From: the human T2T-CHM13v2.0 reference genome, Homo sapiens
DNA length: 64,000 bases
Direction: 5' to 3' (one strand)
Assembly (NCBI RefSeq): GCF_009914755.1
Contig: NC_060929.1
Of the stretch, positions 13,406 through 28,912 are shown in pieces. The notes beneath the pieces were generated by a model. That model saw only the letters and a list, made by a program, of their open reading frames with translations. It ran no database searches and was not told the origin of the DNA. Made by a program: the position numbers and the translations under genes. How positions within the stretch are numbered: position 1 is the first letter of the stretch; every line of letters begins with the position of its first letter.

Positions 13406-16400
13406 AAACTGATCTTGAATGATCCATGGGTCAACAATGAAATCAAGAAGAAAATTAACTGTTTGAACTGAATGATAACAGTGACAAAACTTAGCAAAGC
13501 CTCTAGGAAACAGTAAAAGCAGTGGTAAGAGAAAAGTTCATAGCATTAAATCCCTATATCAAAAAGCCTGAAAGAGCACAAATAGACAATCTAAAGTCAT
13601 ACCTCAAAGAACTACAGAAACAAGAACAAACCAAACTCAAACCCAGCAGAAGAAGAGAAATAACAAAGATCAGAGCAGAACTAAATGAAACTGAAACAAA
13701 CAAACAAAAACAACACAAAAGACAAATGAAACAAAAAGCTGGTTATTTGAAAAGATGAACAAAATTGAAAGACCATTAACAAGACTAATCAAGAAAAGAA
13801 GAGAGAAGATCCAAACAAGCTCAATTAGAAATGAAACAGGAGATATTACAACTGCTGCCACAGAAATACAAAAGATCATTCAAGGCTACTATGAACACCT
13901 TTATGCACACAAACTAGAAAATCTAGAGGAGATGAATAAATTCCTGGAAATATACAACCCTCCCAGATTAAATCAGGAAGAAATAGAAACTCTGAACAGT
14001 CCAACAACAAGTAGTAAGATTAAAATAGTAATAAACAAATGTTAACAAAAAAATGTCCAGGACCAGATGGATTCACAGCTAAATTCTATCAGACATTCAA
14101 AGAAAAATTGGTCAATCTCACTGAAACTATTCCAAAAGATAAAGAGGAAATTCCCCCTAAAGCATTTTATGAAGGCAATATCACCCTAATACCAAACCAG
14201 GAAAGGATATAACAAAAAAAAAAGTAAACTACAGACCAATATTCACGATGAACATAGATGCAAAAATCCTCAACAAAATACTAGCTAACCAAATCCAACA
14301 GCATATCAAAAAGATAATACACCATGAACAAGTGGATTTTATACCAGGGATGCAGGGATAGTTTCACATACACAAGTCAATAATTGTGATACATCACATA
14401 AACAGAATTAAAAACAAAAATCATATAATTATCTCAATAGATGCAGAAAAAGCATTTGACAATATCCAGCATCCATTTATGATTAAAACCCTTAGTAAAC
14501 TTGGCACAGAAGAAACATACCTCTAGGTAATAAAAGCTACCTAAGACAAACTCACAGCTGATATCATACTGAATGAGGAAAAGTTGAAAGCATTCCTCCT
14601 GAGAACTAGAACAAGACAAAGATGCCCACTTTCACTGCTTCCATTCAACATAGTACTAGAAGTCTTAACTAGGGCAATCAGACAAGAGAAATAAATAAAT
14701 GGCACCCAGATTAGTAAAGAGGAAGTCAAACTCTCACTGTTCGCCAAGGATATAATTTTTATACCTAGAAAATCTAAGGACTCATTGAAACAGTTCCTAG
14801 ATCTGATAAATTAATTCAGTCAAGTTTCAGGATACAAAATCAATGTACACAAATCAGTAGTACTGCTATACACCAACAACGACCAAGCTGAGAACCAAAT
14901 CAGGAACTCAATCTCTTTTACAACAGCTGCAAAACAAAAAACAAACAACAACAACAAAAACCACTTAGGAATATACCTAACCAAGGAGGTGGAAGATCTC
15001 TACAAGGAAAACTACAAAACAATGCTGAAAGAAATCATAGACGATACAAACAAATGGAAACACATCCCGTGCTCAGATGGGTAGAATCAATACAGTGAAA
15101 ATGACCATACTGCCAAAAGCAATATACAGATTTAACGCAATTCCCATCAAAGTACTATCATCATTCTTCACAGAACTCAAAAAAAATCCTAAAATTCATA
15201 TGAAACCAAAAAAGAGCCTGCATAGCTAGCCAAAGCAAGACTAAGCAAAAAGAACAAATCCAGAGGCATCACATTATCCAACTTCAAACTATACTACAAA
15301 ACTCTAGTTACCAGATCAGCATGGTACTGGTATAAAAATAGGCACATAGACCAATGGAACAGACCACATAGACCAAGGGAACCCAGAAATAAAGCCAAAT
15401 ACTTATGGCCAACTGATCTTTGATAAAGCAAACAAGAACATAAAGTAGAGAAAGAACGCTCTATTCAACAAAAGGTGCTGGGATAATTGGCAAGCCACAT
15501 GTAACAGAATAAAACTAGGTCTTCATCTCTCACCTTATATAAAAATTAACTCAATATGGATCAAAGACTTCAATCTAAGGCCTGAAACCAGAAAAATTCT
15601 AGAAGATAACATTGGATGTTGGCTTAGGCAAAGAGTTGCCTTCTAGATGTTGGCTTAGGCAAAGAGTTCATGACCAAGAACCCAAAAGCAAATGCAACAG
15701 AAACAAAAATAAAGAGATGGGACCTAACTAAACTAAAAGGCTTCTGCACAGCAAAAGAATCAGCAGAGTAAACATACAACCCACAGAGTGGGAGAAAATA
15801 TTTGCAAACTGTGCATCCAATAAAGAACTAACATCCAGAATCTACAAGAAACTCAAACAAATCATCAAGAAAAAAATAATATTTCCATCAAAAAGTGGGC
15901 AAAGGACATGACTAGACAATTCTCAAAAGAAGATATACAAATGGCCAACAAACACATGAAAAAATGCTCAACATCACTAATTATCAGGGAAATGCAAATT
16001 AAAACTATAATGAGATACCATTCTACTCCTACAAGAATGGCTATAATTTTAAAAATCACAAAATAATAGATGTTGGTGTGGATGTGGTAAAAAAAAAGAA
16101 CACTCTTACACTACTGGTGGGAATGTAAACTAGTACAACCACTATGGAAAACAGGGTGGAGATTCCTTAAATAACTTAAAGTAGAACTATCATTTGATCT
16201 AGCAATCCCACTACTGGGTATCTACCCAGAGGAAAATAAGTAATTATACGAAAAAGATACTTACACATGAATGTTTTCAGCAGCACAATTCACAATTGCA
16301 AAAATATGGAACTAGCCTAAATGCCCAACAACCAACAAGTGGATAAAGAAAATGCAGTATATATACACCATGGGATACTATTCAGCCATAAAAAAGAACA

Positions 16401-16769
16401 AAATAATGTCATTTGCAGAAATCTGAATGGAGTTGGAGACTATTATTCTAAGTGAAGTAACTCAGGAATGAAAAACCAAATATCGTACATTCTCACTTAT
16501 AAGTGGGAGCTAAGCTATGAGGATGCAAAGGCATAAGAATGATATAATGGACCTTGGGGACGCAGGGAGAAGGGTGGAAGGGGGTGACAGACAAAAGACT
16601 ACACATTGGGTACAGTGTACACTGCTCATGTGACAGGTCCACCAAAATCTCAGAAATCACCACTAAATAACTTGCCCATGTAACCAAAACCACCTGTTCC
16701 CTAAAAATTATTGAAATAAAATAATATAACCAAATTATTATTAATTATAATTTATATAATTTTAATTTC

Positions 16770-18870
16770 CCTTTAGTTCTGCCAGTTTTTGCTTCTGTTA
16801 CAAGGTATATGGCAATAGGATTATAATGTATTCTTGATCAATTATTTTTATAATTTTATGAAGTGCTTCTCTTTAGTAATTCCTGTTTGAAAGTCTACTT
16901 TATCAGAAATATTATTACTTCAGCTTTGAATGATGTTGCTATAAATGATACTTTACTATGAACAATGCTATAAATATTTGGCTATAATGTTTACATTATA
17001 TATATTTTCTGTAATTTTATTTTTAATTTATATGTGTCTTTATATTTAAACTACATTTCTTTTAAAAATATGTAGTTGGGCATTGATTTTCTTAAAGTTT
17101 AATTTGGTAATCTATGCATTTTAATTAGAGTTTTTAATTTATATACAATAGATTCATTGCTCTAGTTAGGTTTAATCTATAATATGCTACTTATTTTATA
17201 ATTGTCTCATTTTTTTCCTTGTGTATTGTTTTTCTTATTTTATTTTTTTCCTTTCCTGCATTCTGTTGGCTTGAGTATTTGCTTAGTTTCCCATAATTTT
17301 CTTCATCAGCTTTAGCTATATCATTGATATGATTTGGCTATGTCTCCACCCAAATCTCATCTTTAATTGTAGCTCCCATAATTCCCATGTGTTGTGGGAG
17401 GGACTCAGTGGGAAATTATTGAATCATGGGGTCAGTTTCCTCCATACCGTTCTCATGGTAGTGAATAAGTCTCAGGAGATCTGGTGGTTTTATAAAAGGA
17501 AACCCCTTTTGCTTGGCTCTCATTCTCTCTTGTCCACTGCCATGTAAAACATGCTTCTTTCATATTAGCCTATATACTACCTATTTGTAGTGTTCTTTCT
17601 TTTATGTTGATATGAGTTTCTATTTGGTATCACTTTCCTTCAGCTTGAAGAGTTTACCACCTTTACAATGCATATATCAAATTTCCTCAGCCTTTGTTAT
17701 CTGAAAATGTCTTTATTTTGCCTTAATTGTTGAGGGATCATTTTTGCTGGGTATGAAATTATAGGATTAATTTATTCTTCTTCAATATTTTAAAGCTACT
17801 ATCTCCTGGCCTGCATTGTTCTTTATCATATCAGTTGTCATTCTTCTCATTGCTCTCACAATGTCTTTTTTCCTCTGTGTACTTTTAAGTCTTTCTCTTC
17901 ACTTTTCTGCAATCTTAATCTTTCAACTGGTCTATTTTTATGCAATTTAACAACTTGACATTTGACAGTGTGCCTATTTGAAGTTTTATTGTGTGCTTTT
18001 CCTGTTTGGATTTTATCAAGTTTTTGGTTTTTTAATATATATTTTCCATCATATTTAGAAAATACTTGGCTATTATGTGTTTAAATTTTTTTCTGCTTCA
18101 ATCTCTTCTTTTTCTTCTTCTGGGCCTTTAATTACACATTCGACCATTTGTTATTGTTCCACAGGTCACTGAAGTTCTATTTATTATTTTTAGACTGCCT
18201 ACTCTTTGTGCTTTAGTTTAGATAGTTACTGTTGTCTTTCTACAAGTTCATTTACCTTTTCTTCTGAATCTCTAATCCGCTGTTAGGTCCATTCATTGAA
18301 TTTTACATTTCAGATGAAAGATTTGTCAGATGTAGACCTTCCATCTTTTTAAAAATAGCTTCCATTGCACTATTACATTTCACAGCTGTTCATACATTAC
18401 AACTATATCTTAATTTTCATCTTAAAAATATTTATAATATTTTTATAGTGCTTATTGTCTTTGTCTGCTAATTTTAACACCCATGTCATCCCTGAGTCTA
18501 TTTCTTTTGACCATTTTTCCCCCTGGTTATGATTCATATGTTCTTTCTTCTTGATTTTATGTCTGACATTATGAGTGCTACATTGTTAAGAGTCTAAAAT
18601 TTTTTGTTTTCTTTTAAATTTTGATTTTTCTTCTGGCAGGAAATTAATTTATTGGATAATCAGCTTTATCTCACTAGAGTTTTAAAAATTTTATTTTAGG
18701 ATTTGTTAGCCTTTACACTATGATTAAAGTACCTTTATAATAAAAAGAAAGAAAAAAACCTTTTTCTTTCTGGGTCTTTACCCAAATACTCTGAGTGTTC
18801 AATGAAGTTTCTTCACTTAGTCTGATTGAAATTCCAGTGATTCCTAGCATTATACGGCATACAGCATCTC
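16770..18870 (-). mobile_element. Old L1M relic, part 2
   Basis: T-rich antisense L1 sequence resuming (ccctttagttctgccagtttttgcttc) where part 1 stopped. Confidence 0.62.
17325..17555 (+). mobile_element. Truncated THE1 LTR
   Basis: tgatatgatttggctatgtctccacccaaatctcatc...; the 3' third is missing. Confidence 0.82.
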
Positions 18871-19246
18871 AATAAGCTTCCTATTCTCCTGTGCATGGGC
18901 AGCTTTGTATTTGGTTAAAGACTCAAGGAGACTCCAAGCTAATTTCTAGAGCTCCTTCTCATCATAACTTCCTCTTCTGCATTATCTTACCTCCCAAATT
19001 CTACATTCCTCTTCTCCATTATGTTACCCTCAGAATTCCAGAAGCCTTACATTCCAATCTTTGCTTCCTCCACCCAGAAAGATCTTTGCTCTCTGCTTGG
19101 TGTCTACTTCTTTAAGCCACAGTCAAAAAACTTCCCCAGGAAGAAAGCTGACATATTTGTGCACTATTTGTAGTTGCTTTACATATTTTTTCTGTTTTAT
19201 AGTTAATAATGGTAGGATGGGAAGTCTAATATACCTTATTTCATCA

Positions 19247-19657
<411 letters not shown>

Positions 19658-20417
19658 TCAACCAATAACACACACACACAAACAAGAAATTGTGCAACAT
19701 AATACATAGATGTTAAAGTGAGTGGTGTGTGTTAAAAGTCCTGTTGGTATGCACAGATTCATGCTGTATCATTTACTGAGTGAGCATTTGGACAGGCACT
19801 GTTCTAGGTTCTGGGTATGTGAAAATGAAAAGTCATCCATGTATTCAGATGTCTTTTTTGCAGAGGGAGGACGAAAGACAGGTGTTCAGATGGGAAAGTT
19901 GGGACCTGAGAAAGGAATGTGAACAGGATGTGTAAATGAGTTTGTGGTTTATAGTTAAGGTTGAATTGAGGCTAGATCATGGATTACTTTCAATGGGGTC
20001 TTTATCCTCCAACAGTGGGTTGCAAATTTTACTGACGATGACCCACAGGAAAAAAATACTTTTCCCCACATGCAAACCACATACACACATCCACCCTTTA
20101 ATCACACACACACACACACACAAATATGTACAAACATAACTAAGGCAAACATGTTTCCAAAAAACCACATATGCATTTACCCTTGCTATCTGAAATGCCC
20201 TTTGATATTTTTTACTTAATTTCATTCTACATTGCTTCATTTGTGAAGGATTCCGGCATGACTCACTGAAGGAATTACATTAACTTTTACGAGGCTAAGC
20301 CCCACAGTAGGTAAACGCTGCTCCAGTGGAGTTCATGGAAGTATCTGGGTAAGGACTAGCGCAGGGCTTTAGGAATATAAACTGGAACCATTGCACAGGA
20401 CATACTAGAGGGGAAAG

Positions 20418-21205
20418 TGTGATATTATAATTTACATATATTGGTTTTCATTCACAGTTCCTGGCTTGTAACTCCACAGCCCTTGTTAAAGTGAATAGAA
20501 TCCCTCCCTCTCTTACCTTCTCCTCCTCTCCTTTCACCTGCCCAAGGCAGGACTCTAATCTGACTATGGGTCATAAGACTCTCATACCATGGAGGAAGGA
20601 ATGCTGCACAGAGAGGCCAAAAAGAATCTGGACAGGCCCTTCTGAGTTTAAATCATACTCTTTTTGTTCAATCACATTTCTACAGAGTTGCCAATCATGC
20701 CTATCCAATGGCATAAAAGGCCCAAGAGGACAGGGTTAGGAGAGTTCCCATAAAGCTAAACATGTAGAGTTTCCTGGATGGTGGCGTACCTGTGGAGGGC
20801 ATGGAAGCTCTGCACCCCTTCTCATATGCCTTGCCCTACTCAACTCTTCATCTGTATCCTTTTTAATATAATACCTTTTATAATAAACCAGTAAACCTAA
20901 GTAAACGTTCTCTGAGCCACTCTAGCAAATTAATCAAGCCCAAAGAGGGAGGCCATGAGAAGCCCAGCTTGAAACTGCTCAGTCTGAAGTTCCAGAGGCT
21001 TAGACTCAGTACTGGTATCTGAAGGGGAGGCATTCTTGTGGGGATGAGCGCTCAACCTGTGAGATCTAAGGCTATCTCCAGGAAGACACCACCAAAATTG
21101 AAGTGAATTAGAGGACACCCAGCTGCTGTCCACTGCTTGGTATGTGGAGAAAACCCCCCAAACATTTGGTCATGGAAATCTTGTGTTGATTGTTGCATTG
21201 GTGTA
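20418..21205 (+). mobile_element. MER21-like LTR
   Basis: tgtgatatt start; ggagggcatggaagctctgcaccccttc; aataaaccagtaaac; ctgagccactctagcaaattaatc, all matching remembered MER21 motifs. Confidence 0.7.
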
Positions 21206-21663
21206 AAAAATGTTATAATAATTAATAATAATAATTAATTTTTAAAAGAATTAGGTATATTTTTAATGAATTGCATTTTATTATAAAGCATACATTTCCA
21301 ATCCAACTTGTGGTCTCAAAATAACTATAATTTCTACTTGAGTATTTACAAAAAAGAAATAAAGATTTATAATTAAAATGACAGGTGATGCTTTAAAAAA
21401 GAAAGCTTTTAGTTTTATGATTGCTGTGGTAGTTACAATCAGGTGAAGGGGCCAAATATTCTAAAATATTTTATTAAAAAACACAAGAAAGCCATCTCAG
21501 GAAGAGAAAGAAAACTGTCAGTTTCTTTAATCTCTTCCAGCTGATTCCTTATGGGAGAACGAACATATCATTGAATAATTCTAAATATTAACATGGGCAG
21601 TGCTAGAAACCTTGTCCACAGCTGAGAGTTTAATGGGCACACAGTAGGTTTAATCTTAAACTT

Positions 21664-21976
<313 letters not shown>

Positions 21977-23391
21977 TTAATAAGAATTTACATAGTAAAA
22001 TGCATGTATTTCAGTGATAGCACATTTTTATTGATATTTTAATGTCAGATCATTTTCAAGTTGGATGTTTTGTGAACTGAAATGAGTATCATGCATTTTT
22101 TGTAAAATGAATGACTTTGCCTTTTATCTTTTTGTAAAGTATCTGCATCTTCATTTATCCAAATGCTGTATAGACACTCTTTTTCCAAAATACCATATGG
22201 GCAGACTATGTTGTTCCAAGCTGGATACCAAAGATGAATAGCACAAATAGCTTTTGATACAAACAACAAACAACAACTAAACAATTCCTATAGATAGGCA
22301 CAGAAGTATTTCACTTGATGTGATAATTATAGCCCACACATATCTACCAGTGTTTATGAGCTCAGTCATTCTCTACCAATGCTGCTGTGAAGTTTGGTGC
22401 TCTATTGTCTATGCCCTTCCCAAAGAGCAATCTTCTCAGCAACCTAGATATCATGAACTTCAATCCCCCAGGTCCTACTGACTAATAGTAGAGCTGGGAA
22501 CCTCTTATTAAATTAGCTCTGGTCATCAATTTAAACATACTACTAGGATGACAATAAGCAGAACTGCCTCAGAGGCCACCGCATGGTATGTATCCACCCC
22601 TTAGAAGCATGCTCAGGGATTCAGTGCTTCCAGTAGACACAGCTGCAGGACATATATTCTCCAAGCTATAGGGGCTTTGTAGAATCTTATAATCTTCCTA
22701 ATTTGAATAACTCTAGAGTGAAACACATTGAATATATCAGGCTCCAATTTTGTTGGCAATAAAGCTCTCTCAGAATTCCAACTGTAGCCTTGCCTGCTGT
22801 ATTGGGTTGATTAGGCCGTTTTGCCTCAACCAAAATAATCCATGTTTTTCCATAAGTTGTTAAGATAATCACTCTGAATAAGATCATATCCTGCTTGGAC
22901 TTCCCACTTCCTGAGATATTGTTACCAAATACAATTAGTTAGTTCTGTAAAATGGATATAGGAAGGCAGACAGCTCTCTGGAGAAGAAACTTGAGTTTAC
23001 TAAAAGAACATATTTGAAACAGAACCATCAAACCAAAATGACAATGTGTACACATTAGAGATACCAAGGAAACTCATGTGATGGGATGTTTAGAAGTAAA
23101 GCCAAGAATGAAATGGCACTAAGTACTTAGTAATGGTACTAAGTTTTTATTCAACGGGAAACCGAGATTAACTTCCGATCAATCTCAAGAGAGATTGGTC
23201 TAGTTGGACATTAGTGTTATTGTGCTGATGGTTGAAAAGAATCATAATTCGGTGTATCCAGGTCCCATTGCAGGAATTTTCTTGTATTTACAACATACAA
23301 TTACTTCTATATTATTGTACATATAAAATAATGCATAGATTTTATATATATATATACTTTTTTCTGCTATTCCATCTAAACCTTTAGAAAT

Positions 23392-23774
23392 TGTTAAACA
23401 AAAAATTTTCTGATACTTGTTAAAGAGGGTAAGAAAGACTTTATTCAAGGGACCACTGCAGTGGGGTTTTACAATAGGGGAGAAAAATCAAGCTCAACTC
23501 CAAATACAAAGAAAAGTGGGGATTTATAGCCAAAGAGCAGGGTGGTGATCAGTGGATAAAAAATTACTAAGAGGAAACATCAGGATCAGGGGGATTCTAG
23601 CTAGACTGACTTGACAGGATTCTTCTTGCTGAAGGCAGGCCAGAGTGATAAGTCCTGGGAATGGTGGGAGATTAGAATCTGATCAGATATCCAGGGTTGG
23701 GGATTTTCGCTGAATGAACCCAGCCACATTTTTGCTAAAACTGAATTCAGCATGCCAAGGATGAGTTTTTGTCA
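23392..23774 (-). mobile_element. MER31-like ERV1 solo LTR
   Basis: tgttaaac...ttttgtca termini with 4-bp TSD aaat/aaat; body aagactttattcaag...ggatttatagccaaagagcaggg. Confidence 0.65.
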
Positions 23775-25076
23775 AAATACAATTTGGAAATAACTACTTG
23801 AAAGGTAAAACTGACTAGAAAAGTAGTTTAATAAAATTTCACCTCTCAAAACAATATAGAGATGTTAATAATCCTAATTGTTAGTTCTGCCACCATTGCC
23901 AATAAAAATTATTGAATGCTAGCTGCATGTCAGGTCCTATACTAGGTCTGAGAATAAAAGGAATAAGATGCATTCTATTAATGCAAGGGTAGCCCATATA
24001 ATATAGCAAGTAAAACTATTTGTAAATCAATGAAAAAACTGCTGCCATTAGAACAAGAGCCTCAATATGGCTTCTTTAAAAAACAAACAAAAAAATCTTC
24101 AATCAAGACTCTCTCTGTATTCAACTACCACAGAATACACATTTTTTTCCCAACAGCACATGGAACATTTTCTAGGATAGACTGTATGTCAGGCCACAAA
24201 ACATGTCTCAACAAATTTTTAAAAATTGCAATCATATTAAGTATCTTCTCAGACCACAGTGGAATAAAAATGGACATCAATATGAAGAGAATCTTTGGAA
24301 ACCATATAAATCATATAAATACACAGAAATTAAATAACATGCTCCTGAACTTCCATAGGTTAATGAAAAAATTCAGATGGAGGTTAAAAAATTTCTTGAA
24401 ACAAATGAAAATGGAAACACGACATACCAAGACCTGTGGGATACAGCAAAAGCAGAACTAATGAGAAAGTTTACAGCAATAAATGCCCACATCAAATAAG
24501 TAGAAAATTTTCAAATAAACAGTTTAACAACACACCTCAAGGAACAAGAAAAGCAAGAACAAACCAAATCCAAAATTAGCAGAAGGCAAGAAATAATAAA
24601 TAGAGCAGAACTAAACAAAATAGGGACTTTAATAAAAAAGAAATACAAAGGATCGATGAAATGATAAGTTGGTTCTTTGAAAAGATAAACAAAATTGATA
24701 AACCATTATTAGCTAGAGTAATCAATAAAAGGAGAGAGAAAACCCAAATAAAATCAGCAAATGAAAATGGAGATATTACAATTGATATCACAGAAATATA
24801 AATGATTATCAGAGACTATTATATACAATTATATGCTAACATACTGGAAAACTCAGGGGAAACGGTTAAATTTCTGGAAGCACTCAACCTAGCAAGATTG
24901 AATCAGGAAGAAATACAACACCTGAACAGACCAATAACAACTAGAGAGAATGAATCAGTAATAAAAATTATCCCAAAAAACAAAAGCACAGGACCAGATG
25001 GACTCACTGCTGAATACTACCAAACGTATAAAGAACTAATACCAATCTTCCTCAAACTATTCTTTAAAAAATTGAG

Positions 25077-25474
<398 letters not shown>

Positions 25475-26133
25475 CTATAGGCTAATATCCTTGATGAATA
25501 TAGATGCAAGAATCCTTAACAAAACACTAGCAAACTGAGTTCAATAGCACATCAAAAAGATAATACACAATGATTAAAGGAGATTTATACCAGGGATGCA
25601 AGGATGGTTTGACATACACACATCAATAAATGTTATACATCACACCAAGAGAATGAAGGACAAAAACCATGTGATGATCTCAATAGATGAGAAAAAACAC
25701 TTAATAAAATTCAACATTCCATCATGATAAAAACTCTCCACAAACTAGGCATAGAAAGAACATACCTCAAAATAATAAAGACCATATATGACAAGCCCAC
25801 AGCTAACATATTGAATGGGGGAAAGTTGAAAGCGTTTTCTCTAAAAACTGGAACAAGACAAGGATGCCCACTTTCACTACTCTTATTCAAGAGAGTACTG
25901 AAAGTCCTAGCCAAATAAGTTAGGCAAGAGAAAGAAAGAAAACATACTTAAATTGGAAGATAGTTCCTTTTTGCAAAAGACATAATCTTATACTTAGAAA
26001 AATTTAAAAACTCCACCAAATAGCTCTCATAGCTGATAAGCAAATTCAATAAAGTAGCAGGATACAAAATGAACATACAAAAATCAGTCGCATTTCTGTA
26101 CACTAATACTGAAATAGCTGAAAAATAAATCAA

Positions 26134-26283
26134 GGCCAGGTGCAGTGGCTCAAACCTGTAGTCCCAAGTCTTTAGGAGGCCAAGGCAGAGGATTGCTTGA
26201 GCCCAGGAGTTCAAGACTAGCCTGTGCAACATAGAGAAAACTCATCTCTACCAATGAATGAATAAACAAATAAATAAATAAAG
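26134..26283 (+). mobile_element. FLAM / Alu left monomer
   Basis: ggccaggtgcagtggctc...gattgcttgagcccaggagttcaagac...ctctac followed by an A-rich tail. Confidence 0.85.
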
Positions 26284-28170
26284 CAATTTCATTTCCAATT
26301 GGTACAATAAAAATATACACCTAGGAATACATTTAACCAAGACAGTGAAAGACCCTACAAGAAAAATTATAAAACACTGATGACAGAAATTGAAGAGGAC
26401 ACAAACAAATAGAAAGACACCCCATGTTCATGAATTGGAAGAATGAATATCATTAAAATGATCATATTGCCTAAGACAATCTATAGATTCGATTCAATTC
26501 CTATAAAAATACCAAGATCATTTTCACAGAAATAGAAAAAACAATCCTAAAATTCATATGGAACCAATAAAGAGTCCATATAGCCAAAGCAATCCTAAGC
26601 ATAAAGAACAAGGCTGGAAACAGCACAGTATCTGACTTTAAAGTATATTACAAGGCTATAGTAATTAATACAGCATAAGCTGGAAACAGCACAATATCTG
26701 ACTTCAAATTATATTACAAGGTTATAGTAATCAAAACTTCTTGGTAGTGGTATAAAAATAGACTCATAGACCAATGTAACAGAACAGAGAACCCAGAAAT
26801 AAATCCACATATTTATAGCCAACTGATTTTCAACAGAGGCACCAAGAACTATGTTGAAAGAACCCTCTCTTCAATAAATGGTGCTGGATAAGTTGGCTAT
26901 CCATATGCAGAAGAGTAGAGCTGAACAGTATTTCTCACCACATACACAAATATCAACTCAAGATGGATTAAAGACTTAAATGTTAGACCTAAACCTATAA
27001 AACTACTAGAAGAAAACATAGGGAAAACACTTCAGGACATTGGCCTAGGCAAAAATGTTATGAATAAGACCTCAAAAGCACAGACAACTAAAACAAAAAT
27101 AGACAACTGGGGGCTATATTAAACTAAAAAGCTTCTGTACAATACATGAAACAATCAACGGAGTGAAGAGACAACCCATTGAATGGAAGAAAATATTTGC
27201 AAACTATTAATCTGACAAGGGACTCATATCCACAACATACAAGAAACTCAAACAACTCAACACTAAAAAAACAAACAATCCCACTAAAAAGTGTGCAAAG
27301 GACACGGATAGACATTTCTCAAAAGAAGAGGTACAAATGGCCAACAGGTATATGAAAAAATTCATCATCTCTAATTATCAAATGCATATCAAAACCACAA
27401 TAAAATACCATCTTACCCCAGTTAGAATGGTTATTATTAAAAAGACAAAAAACAACAGATGCTGGAGAAGATGTGGAGAAAAGGGAACTCATACTGTTGG
27501 TGGGGATGTAAATTAGTATGACCACTATGGAAGGCAGTATGGAGGTTTCTCAAAAAACTAAAAACAGAACTGCCATAAAATCCAGCAGTTCCACTACAGT
27601 GTATCTATCCAAAGGAAAAGAAGTCAGTATATCAAAGGGATACCTGCACTCACATGTTTATCACAGAACTATTCAAAATAGCCAAGATATGGAATAAATC
27701 TAAGTGTCCATCAGCGAACAAATGGAAAAAGAAAGAATGGTATATATACATAACGGAATACCATTTGTCCATGGAAAAGAATGAAAACAGGTCATTTGCA
27801 GCAACATGGATGAACTGGAGGCCATTATGTTCAATGAAATAGGCCAGGCAACAGAAAGACAAATACTGCATGTTTTACTCATATGTGGTAGCTAAAAAAG
27901 TTGATCCCCTGGAGATAGAGAACAAAATTATGAGTACCAGAGACTGGAAAGGATGTGAGGGTGGGAAGGGGAAATGAAGAGAGGTTGGTGAATGGGTACA
28001 AACTTATAGTTAGATGGAAGAAATAGGGTCTAATGTTAGCTAGCAACTGGGGTGACTATAGTTAGCAATGATACATTGTATATTTCAAAATAGCTAGAAG
28101 AGAAGATTTGAAATGTTACCAACGTATATAAATGATAAATACTCAAGGTGATGGATACCCCAAATACCCT

Positions 28171-28360
28171 TCTTCTTTTTCTTCCTCTTCTTTTTTCTTC
28201 TTCTTCCTCTTCTTTGATCTCTCCTTGTTCTCCTCCTTCTCCTTGTTCTCCTTCTTCTCCTTCTCTTTCTTCTTTTCCTCCTGTTCTTCCTCTTCTCCTC
28301 CTCCTCTTCCTCTCCCTCTCCTTCTCCTTCTTGTTATTCTTTCTTCTTTCTTCTTCTTTT
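28171..28360. repeat. Polypyrimidine (CTT/CCT)n tract, probably an expanded Alu tail
   Basis: About 190 bp almost purely C/T on +, contiguous with the minus-strand Alu. Confidence 0.85.
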
Positions 28361-28628
28361 TTGAGACAGAGTCTCATTTTGTTGCCCAGGCTGGAGTGCA
28401 GTGGCTCGATCTCGGTTCACTGTAAACTCCGCCTCCTGGGTTGATCCTTCCACGTCAGCATCCTGAGCTGGTGGGACCACAGGCGCACGCCACCACGGCC
28501 GCCTAATTTCTTACAGAAAAAAAAACGGTTTCTGCTACCTTGCCCAGGCTGGTCTTGAACTCCCAGGCTCAGTCGAGCGCCACCCCCTCCACAAAGTGGT
28601 AGGATTATTTGCGTGAGCCACGGAGCCC
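28361..28628 (-). mobile_element. Old, degenerate Alu (AluJ-like)
   Basis: ttgagacagagtctc...gcccaggctggagtgcagtgg...ggctggtcttgaactcc...gcgtgagccac. Confidence 0.85.
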
Positions 28629-28897
28629 TGCGGAGACTCTGGTTTTACTTTCTGCTCACCTAAGAAGCTCCTGCTGTGTCCCTAAGTGTTCCCGCCTCGC
28701 CTCTCCCCACACCCACTGCTCCCTAACTTCTCTCACAGGCCCCCAACGGCTTCCTCCTGCGCTGGCGCACGCTCAGGTCTTACCCGCCAGCAGGTGGCGA
28801 AACACGATTTTCTGTCCTCTGCGGCTGAGCCCTAGCGTCCCCTCTTCTCTAAGGCCTTTCGCCTAGTTCCAGCCTGGATACGCTTCCATAGCAAAGG

Positions 28898-28912
28898 GTT
28901 GCCCTTGGCTAC
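28898..28912 (+). promoter_or_regulatory. RFX X-box-like motif
   Basis: GTTGCC-CTT-GGCTAC versus consensus GTNRCC-N0-3-RGYAAC (one mismatch), ~90 bp upstream of the ATG of a ciliary gene. Confidence 0.6.

Noticed and set aside
28036-28444. Glu/Arg-rich and Ser/Phe-rich ORFs
   Set aside because: Translations of the polypyrimidine tract and adjacent Alu and L1 sequence.
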